DNA from: Armatimonadota bacterium
Lineage (GTDB): Bacteria > Armatimonadota > Fimbriimonadia > Fimbriimonadales > GBS-DC
Direction: 5' to 3'
NCBI GenBank assembly: GCA_037444405.1
Contig: JBBIML010000012.1
Location: 64,001-128,000 of the forward strand
DNA length: 64,000 nucleotides
Shown: one piece after another, positions 58,750 to 64,000 of the stretch
How positions within the stretch are numbered: the stretch's first letter is position 1
Layout of the letters: each line of letters opens with the position of its first letter
Notes under the pieces: model-generated
Database searches by the model: none
Seen by the model: only the letters and a program-made list of their open reading frames with translations
What the model was told of the DNA's origin: nothing
Translations under genes and position numbers: made by a program

Positions 58750-60557
58750 AACGGTGGCTTGCTTATTCCAATCGGGCAGTGGCGCTGCTGGCAGTGGCAC
58801 TGACGGGGTTCATCTGCTGGCAATCGCTGACCTATGATATACACACGCAGATTCCCCTGTTCGAGGAGCTGCAGAGCCATACACACGCTTATCAATACCA
58901 TCTTGTGCAAACGCTATCGGCGCTGGTGCTGGAAGATTGGGAGACCGCTCTGCGCTCCAAGAAGCAAGCCGACGCGCACGCGCGTCAGATTGAGACCCTG
59001 TTTGCTCTTTTGCAAAAAGGCGGCGTGTTCAAAACGACCCATTCCGAATTCACGATTCCACCGCTGCACTCCACCCAAGCACGCGAACAACTTGGGCGCG
59101 CCTGTGAGGTGTGGAAAGCGCTTCAGCGCTTCGCTGTGCGCGCCCTGCAAGCCGATGTGGAAACTCTCGGCAAGAACCTCTTCCTGAACGAAATGAACCA
59201 GCTGGGGCAGAATCTGAATCGGCTGATTCTCCAGTCTGCCGAGTTCGAACGCGCCCAGCATGCGCGGGAGACCCAGCGCTTCGTCCGAGCGAGCTGGGCG
59301 AGTCTGTTCCTGCTGGCGCTGGTGCTGATGTTGCTCTGGAACACCATACGGATGCATCGGCAGTCGGAGGTGTTGCGCATCGCAGCCGAGCAGCTGGCGC
59401 AGGCGAAATCGGAGTTCCTCGCCAAAATGAGCCATGAAATTCGCACGCCCCTGAACGGCGTGATTGCGACCGCCGACCTGCTATCAGCCACCGAGATGAC
59501 CGCTGAACAACGCGACCTGCTGAACACGCTCACTCTCAGCGCCAGAACCCTGCTGGGGCTGATCAACGACATTCTTGACTTCTCCAAAATCGAGGCGGGC
59601 AAGATGGTGCTGGAGGCGCTCCCCCTGACGCCCGCTGTGCTGGCGGAGGAGGTGGTTTCCATCATGGGTCCCTCCGCCAGAAAGAAGGGACTGATTCTCC
59701 GAACCGAGCTGGCGCCCGATTTGCCTGTCAGAGTGCTGGGCGACCCCCACCGCCTGCAACAGATTCTGCTTAACTTCGTGAGCAACGCCATTAAGTTCAC
59801 CTCCGAGGGCGAAATCGCGCTGCGTATCCGTCGCGTTGAAGGGTGGACGCCCACGCAAGACCACACATGGCTCCGCTTCGAAGTGCAGGACACAGGGATT
59901 GGCATCCCGCCCGATAAGCAGGAGAGCATCTTTGACTCGTTCACCCAGGCGGATAACTCCACCACCCGTCGATACGGCGGCACGGGGTTGGGGCTTGCCA
60001 TCTGCAAGCGGCTGGTGGAGCTGATGCAGGGACGAATCGGCGTTGTCAGCCAGCCTGGGCAGGGGAGCTGCTTCTGGTTTGAGGTTCCTCTGCCGATTGC
60101 GCACGGAACGGCAGAAGACATGACGCCTGAAACCGGCCTGTCGACGGCTGATTCAGGCACACTGGAAGGGCTTAAAGTGCTGCTCGTGGAAGACAACGGC
60201 GTCAATCAGAAGGTAGCGGTTCGGATGCTCCAGAAACTGGGATGTGAGGTTGTGGTTGCCGGGGACGGTCAACAGGCGCTGGAGGTACTGGAGCGCGATT
60301 CGTTCGATGTGGTGCTGATGGATGTGCAGATGCCCGTGATGGATGGGTTGACGGCGACCCGTTTGTTGCGCACCCGTGAGCAGGGCACGGGGAGGCATCA
60401 GATCGTGATTGCGCTCACGGCGAACGCGATGCGGTCCGACCGCGAGCAGTGTTTTGAAGCCGGCATGGATGACTACCTCAGCAAACCGCTCACGCTGGAG
60501 GCGCTACGAATGGTGCTGATGCGGTGGGCAGCTCGTTCGGAACGGAAGGCAGCCTGA
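58746..60557 (+). CDS. Hybrid sensor histidine kinase / receiver
   Basis: Two TM segments; [37 protein letters not shown]; receiver [12 protein letters not shown] overlap with the binding protein gene. Confidence 0.95.
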   Translation: MKRWLAYSNRAVALLAVALTGFICWQSLTYDIHTQIPLFEELQSHTHAYQYHLVQTLSALVLEDWETALRSKKQADAHARQIETLFALLQKGGVFKTTHSEFTIPPLHSTQAREQLGRACEVWKALQRFAVRALQADVETLGKNLFLNEMNQLGQNLNRLILQSAEFERAQHARETQRFVRASWASLFLLALVLMLLWNTIRMHRQSEVLRIAAEQLAQAKSEFLAKMSHEIRTPLNGVIATADLLSATEMTAEQRDLLNTLTLSARTLLGLINDILDFSKIEAGKMVLEALPLTPAVLAEEVVSIMGPSARKKGLILRTELAPDLPVRVLGDPHRLQQILLNFVSNAIKFTSEGEIALRIRRVEGWTPTQDHTWLRFEVQDTGIGIPPDKQESIFDSFTQADNSTTRRYGGTGLGLAICKRLVELMQGRIGVVSQPGQGSCFWFEVPLPIAHGTAEDMTPETGLSTADSGTLEGLKVLLVEDNGVNQKVAVRMLQKLGCEVVVAGDGQQALEVLERDSFDVVLMDVQMPVMDGLTATRLLRTREQGTGRHQIVIALTANAMRSDREQCFEAGMDDYLSKPLTLEALRMVLMRWAARSERKAA

Positions 60558-60636
60558 TCTCCTGCCCACAGCAGGAATATGCCTCATCCCCGCGTAATAT
60601 TAATCCACCCCGAAATCGCACGGGGTGGAGATAGCC

Positions 60637-61416
60637 ATGCATTGGAGAGGCTTTACATTGATCGAGCTACTGGTTGTGATTGCGATTATCGCCATTCTGG
60701 CGGCGATATTGTTCCCTGTGTTCGCACAGGCACGGGAGAAGGCGCGTCAGAGCCAGTGCCTGTCTAACATGCGCCAGCTGGGGATGGCGTTCGCGGCGTA
60801 TCGCACCGATTATGACGGCGTGAATCCGGGCTTGAGCGAGGGCTGCCGCGGGTTCGTGACCTATGGCGCCGACCACCCATCTTGGCAGAGGGGGATCACG
60901 CCGCGTGTCGAGGGGCACTGGGTGCCCAACTATCCTTTCATTCAGAACTGCGGCGATCCGGAGCGCTCGCCCGTTCATCCCAGCTGGGCGGCGACGGGGG
61001 TCACGCAGGGCGCCATCTATCCCTATGTGAAGAACGCGCAGGTCTATGTGTGCCCCTCGCACCGCCGCAAGGATGAGCTCAAAATCAGCTATTCGCTCAA
61101 CTCGGTGGCGGGCTTCATGCCTGAGTCGCAGGTGGAGCGCATCGCGCAGTTTGCAATGCTGATCGACGAGCAGGAGACGCTCAACGACGGGCACTATCGC
61201 GCCTTCTGCGGCGACCGCTACTGCGACTGCCCCTCGTTTGTGCACACAGGCGGCGCGAACTATACTTTCTTTGATGGGCACGCGAAGTGGTACCGCTCAC
61301 TGAAGGAGCGCCCCCGCATTCGAGACTGCAACGGTACTGTTGACCCCAGAATCTTCTGCCCCAGAATTCCCTTTCCTGAATCACAGGACTACGCCTACTA
61401 CTGCTCGCAGGAGTGA
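60637..61416 (+). CDS. Prepilin-type N-terminal cleavage/methylation, DUF1559 / H-X9-DG protein
   Basis: [57 protein letters not shown]. Confidence 0.93.
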   Translation: MHWRGFTLIELLVVIAIIAILAAILFPVFAQAREKARQSQCLSNMRQLGMAFAAYRTDYDGVNPGLSEGCRGFVTYGADHPSWQRGITPRVEGHWVPNYPFIQNCGDPERSPVHPSWAATGVTQGAIYPYVKNAQVYVCPSHRRKDELKISYSLNSVAGFMPESQVERIAQFAMLIDEQETLNDGHYRAFCGDRYCDCPSFVHTGGANYTFFDGHAKWYRSLKERPRIRDCNGTVDPRIFCPRIPFPESQDYAYYCSQE

Positions 61417-61422
61417 GCCATC

Positions 61423-62301
61423 ATGCTGGATCGGATTCGGTTCATACTGGGCGAGACGCTGACGAGTCTGCGGCGGCACGGCATGCTGCAGGTGGCGGCG
61501 GTCAGCACCGCCTGCATCGCGCTCATCCTGCTGGGCAGTCTCGGCATGATGCTTTACAAGCTGGACGCGATTGCCCAGTCGCTGCCGCGCCAGTTCGAGA
61601 CGGAGGTGTTTCTGAAGCCTGAGGTGCCGCGCGAGCGTACCCTCGCGCTCAAACGGCGCATCGAGGCGATGCCGGAGGTGCAGAGCGTGCAGCTCATCCC
61701 GCGCGAGCAGGCGTGGGAAGAAGAGAAGAAGCGCTATGCAGACGAGATCAACCTCGCCGACCTGCCGAACCCGCTGCCCGACAAGCTGATTGTGCGCACG
61801 CGCGAGCCAGCCCTGCTCAAGAAGGTGGGCGCAACCCTGCGTCAGCATCCCGATGTGGACGAGGTGCTGGATCAGCAGGGCACGCTGGAGCGGGTGCTGG
61901 CGGTGGCGCGACTGGTGCGCTGGGTGGGGCTGGCGCTCGTGAGCATGCTGATGCTCTCCGCGCTGGTGCTGATCTATAACGCGGTGCGTCTCACCATCCT
62001 CGCGCGGCAGCTGGAAGTACGAATCATGGCGCTGGTGGGCGCAACCCTGCGCACCATCCGTATGCCGTTCATTCTGGAAGGCATGGTGCAGGGCGGGCTG
62101 GGCGGCGTTCTGGCGGCGGCGCTGGTGCTGCTCGGCGCGGGACTGCTGTCGGACTATATGCTGCGCCTGTGGCCCTTCTTGAGCGATCTGCCACCGGGTG
62201 CGCCTGCCTTTCTGGTGATGCTGGGTCTGCCCGCACTCGGCGTGCTGATGGGCGGGCTGTGCGCATGGTGGGCGGCGCAACGGTTCGTGCGAATCAGTTA
62301 G
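61423..62301 (+). CDS. ftsX: Cell division permease-like protein FtsX
   Basis: NPLPD, IYNAVRLTILARQLEVRIMALVGAT..IRMPFILEG. Confidence 0.92.
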   Translation: MLDRIRFILGETLTSLRRHGMLQVAAVSTACIALILLGSLGMMLYKLDAIAQSLPRQFETEVFLKPEVPRERTLALKRRIEAMPEVQSVQLIPREQAWEEEKKRYADEINLADLPNPLPDKLIVRTREPALLKKVGATLRQHPDVDEVLDQQGTLERVLAVARLVRWVGLALVSMLMLSALVLIYNAVRLTILARQLEVRIMALVGATLRTIRMPFILEGMVQGGLGGVLAAALVLLGAGLLSDYMLRLWPFLSDLPPGAPAFLVMLGLPALGVLMGGLCAWWAAQRFVRIS

Positions 62302-62321
62302 CGCGGGCTCGCCCAACAGAA

Positions 62322-63329
62322 ATGGACATTCGTTACAGGGCAATTGTCGCAGGCGGTGGTCTGCTGGTGGCGCTGCTGCTGAGCGTGGGCATTACGCTCG
62401 GCATCGGTGTGGTGCCCCTCTCGCCAGCGGAACTCTGGCGGGCGCTGCTGAATCGCGCTTCGGACCCGACGCTGCAAACCATCGTGTGGGAGTTGCGCCT
62501 GCCGCGTGTGCTGCTGGCGCTGCTGGTGGGTGGTGCGCTGGGCATGGTGGGCGCAGCGTTTCAGGGGCTGTTGCGCAATCCGCTCACCGACCCCTATGTG
62601 GTGGGTGTGTCGGCGGGGTCGGCAGTGGGCGCCGCGTTGGCGTATCTGCTTGGCTGGCACCTGCGCGGCTACGGGCTGGGCGTGTCGCTGCTGGCGTTCG
62701 TCAGCGGGCTGGCAACGCTGGGGTTGGTGATGGCGCTTAGCCGTACCGATGGACGACTGCAGCCTGGCGCCTTTCTGCTGATGGGCGTCGCACTCAGCGC
62801 GAGCCTGTGGGGCGTGATGACGCTGCTGCTGGTGCTGGCAGGCGAGGAGATGGCGCGCGTGCTGTACTGGCTGCTGGGCGGGCTGTTGAACGCCGACTGG
62901 CAGCGGGTGGAGGGCGTCGCGCCGCTGGTGCTGCTCGGCGCGGTTGCGATGCTCACCCAGGCGCGCGGGCTGAACCTCTATGCGGTGGACGAAGAGATGG
63001 CGCAGCATCTGGGCGTGCGCGTGGAGCGACTCAAGCGGGTGGTGCTGATCACAGGCGCGCTGATGACCGCCGCAGCGGTCGCGGTGGCGGGCATCATCGG
63101 CTTCGTCGGCTGGCTGGTGCCGCACCTGTTGCGCCGTCTGGTGGGTGGCGACTATCGGCTGCTGTTGCCGCTCTCTGCGCTGGGTGGCGGGCTACTGCTG
63201 CTCTGGGCGGACACGCTGGCGCGCACGCTCACCCGACCTGCGGAGCTGCCCGTCGGGGTCATCACCGCCCTGCTCGGCACACCGCTGTTCGTGTGGGTCA
63301 TTCGCCAGTATCGGCAGGCGACTGCCTGA
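62322..63329 (+). CDS. FecCD/BtuC family iron or cobalamin ABC permease
   Basis: ELRLPRVLLA, QGLLRNPLTDP..GVSAG, IGFVG, ELPVGVITALLGTP. Confidence 0.93.
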   Translation: MDIRYRAIVAGGGLLVALLLSVGITLGIGVVPLSPAELWRALLNRASDPTLQTIVWELRLPRVLLALLVGGALGMVGAAFQGLLRNPLTDPYVVGVSAGSAVGAALAYLLGWHLRGYGLGVSLLAFVSGLATLGLVMALSRTDGRLQPGAFLLMGVALSASLWGVMTLLLVLAGEEMARVLYWLLGGLLNADWQRVEGVAPLVLLGAVAMLTQARGLNLYAVDEEMAQHLGVRVERLKRVVLITGALMTAAAVAVAGIIGFVGWLVPHLLRRLVGGDYRLLLPLSALGGGLLLLWADTLARTLTRPAELPVGVITALLGTPLFVWVIRQYRQATA

Positions 63330-63344
63330 ACCCTCCCGGCACGG

Positions 63345-63575
63345 CTACCGCTTCATCATCGACTCCAGCACCTGTCGGACTTCCTCTGGCAAATCCACCG
63401 GCACAAACATCGACGCAGGATAGAGATACCCCTCTGGCTCCGACAGATCTTCGTCGATAATCCGCACCAGATTGTGGGCTTCAGCGTCCGGATCGGGCAG
63501 TCGGCGATAGACCTTGCCCACAATCAAGCTGGCAGAGTTCTTGTCGGTACGAATACAGAGAACGAACTCGCTCAT
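63345..63575 (-). CDS. Small hypothetical protein (second gene of a coupled two-gene module)
   Basis: FVLCI..ASLIVGKVY..LVRIIDE..YLYP..F pattern; ATG overlaps the upstream gene's TGA. Confidence 0.8.
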   Translation of the reverse strand: MSEFVLCIRTDKNSASLIVGKVYRRLPDPDAEAHNLVRIIDEDLSEPEGYLYPASMFVPVDLPEEVRQVLESMMKR

Positions 63576-63812
63576 CGCATTACCCTCTTGATTTTAAAAT
63601 CTCTCCGACCGATTCCATGTGCTTCGTACCAGTGAATCTCCGCTTCACAGATTGTACCATCCGCCAGCTGCACGGTGGCAATCCCCTTCATTTTCCGCCA
63701 GCGCCCCTTGCCATAAACCCGATTCAAATGGTGTCGCATATAGGCGCCTCGCCCTGAGGCAATGGTCTCTATATCTTCTGATTTCGCCCAGAATCTTGAA
63801 CCCTGAGTGCAT
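63572..63812 (-). pseudogene. Small basic protein gene with a +1 frameshift near 63776
   Basis: Removing one A gives MHSGFKILGEIRDIETIASG...YGKGRWRKMKGIATVQLADG...AEIHWYEAHGIGRRDFKIKRVMR; span is 241 nt (3n+1). Confidence 0.8.
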
Positions 63813-63887
63813 CCATGAACCTCTGCCTGCCACGAAAGATTATGCCCATAGAGCCTGCTGGCTCGTGTTGGGGTAGACTATAATGTA

Positions 63888-63963
63888 GCCCCCGTAGCTC
63901 AATGGATAGAGCAGCGGCCTTCTAAGCCGTTGGTTGTGGGTTCGAGTCCCGCCGGGGGCGCCA
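63888..63963 (+). tRNA. tRNA-Arg (anticodon TCT)
   Basis: GCCCCCG acceptor stem, D arm GCTC/GAGC, anticodon arm GCGGC-CTTCTAA-GCCGT, GTTCGAGT T-loop, encoded CCA. Confidence 0.97.
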
Positions 63964-63980
63964 CAGGTATACTTTCTCCG

Positions 63981-64000
63981 ATGGCCGCACGACTGAGCGT
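63981..64000 (+). CDS. Probable start of a leaderless gene running off the window (MAARLS...)
   Basis: GG-TATACT at 63966-63973, 7 nt before ATG, matching the pattern seen at other genes in the window. Confidence 0.35.

Noticed and set aside
63888..63963. tRNA-Arg as the attachment site of an island in this window
   Set aside because: No duplicated tRNA 3' end or integrase seen; the accessory pair lies on the 5' side, and sequence beyond the window cannot be judged

Overview
GC-rich bacterial chromosomal segment. The gene content (H-X9-DG prepilin-like proteins, several secreted proteins ending in a dockerin-like 'GDxNGDG..DDADLL..FGxxC' domain, HAF and WD40 propellers) points to an Armatimonadota/Fimbriimonadia-like organism; this is an inference. 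The backbone is housekeeping: trkA, lptB, purL, CIRCE-groES-groEL, lgt, lspA, secE-nusG-rplK-rplA, galT, hppA, larC, glyA, sdhC-sdhA, RNase E/G, ribBA, rapZ-yvcK, ftsX and tRNA-Arg(TCT). It is interrupted by accessory pieces: a single-chain restriction-modification fusion gene, a lower-GC WD40-dockerin pair (one copy frameshifted), a lower-GC FN3/YrpD-like gene with a partner gene, an AioX-like binding protein plus hybrid kinase, and a small frameshifted two-gene module next to the tRNA. Notable non-coding signals are a recurrent GG-TAnnnT -10 element directly upstream of start codons (leaderless mRNAs), a probable ATC start for RNase E/G, GTAG-type REP hairpins, CCCTCTCCC cruciform repeats, and an unexplained structured RNA. 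No CRISPR array, integrase, transposase or rRNA was seen. All assignments come from motif recognition by eye; no searches were run.
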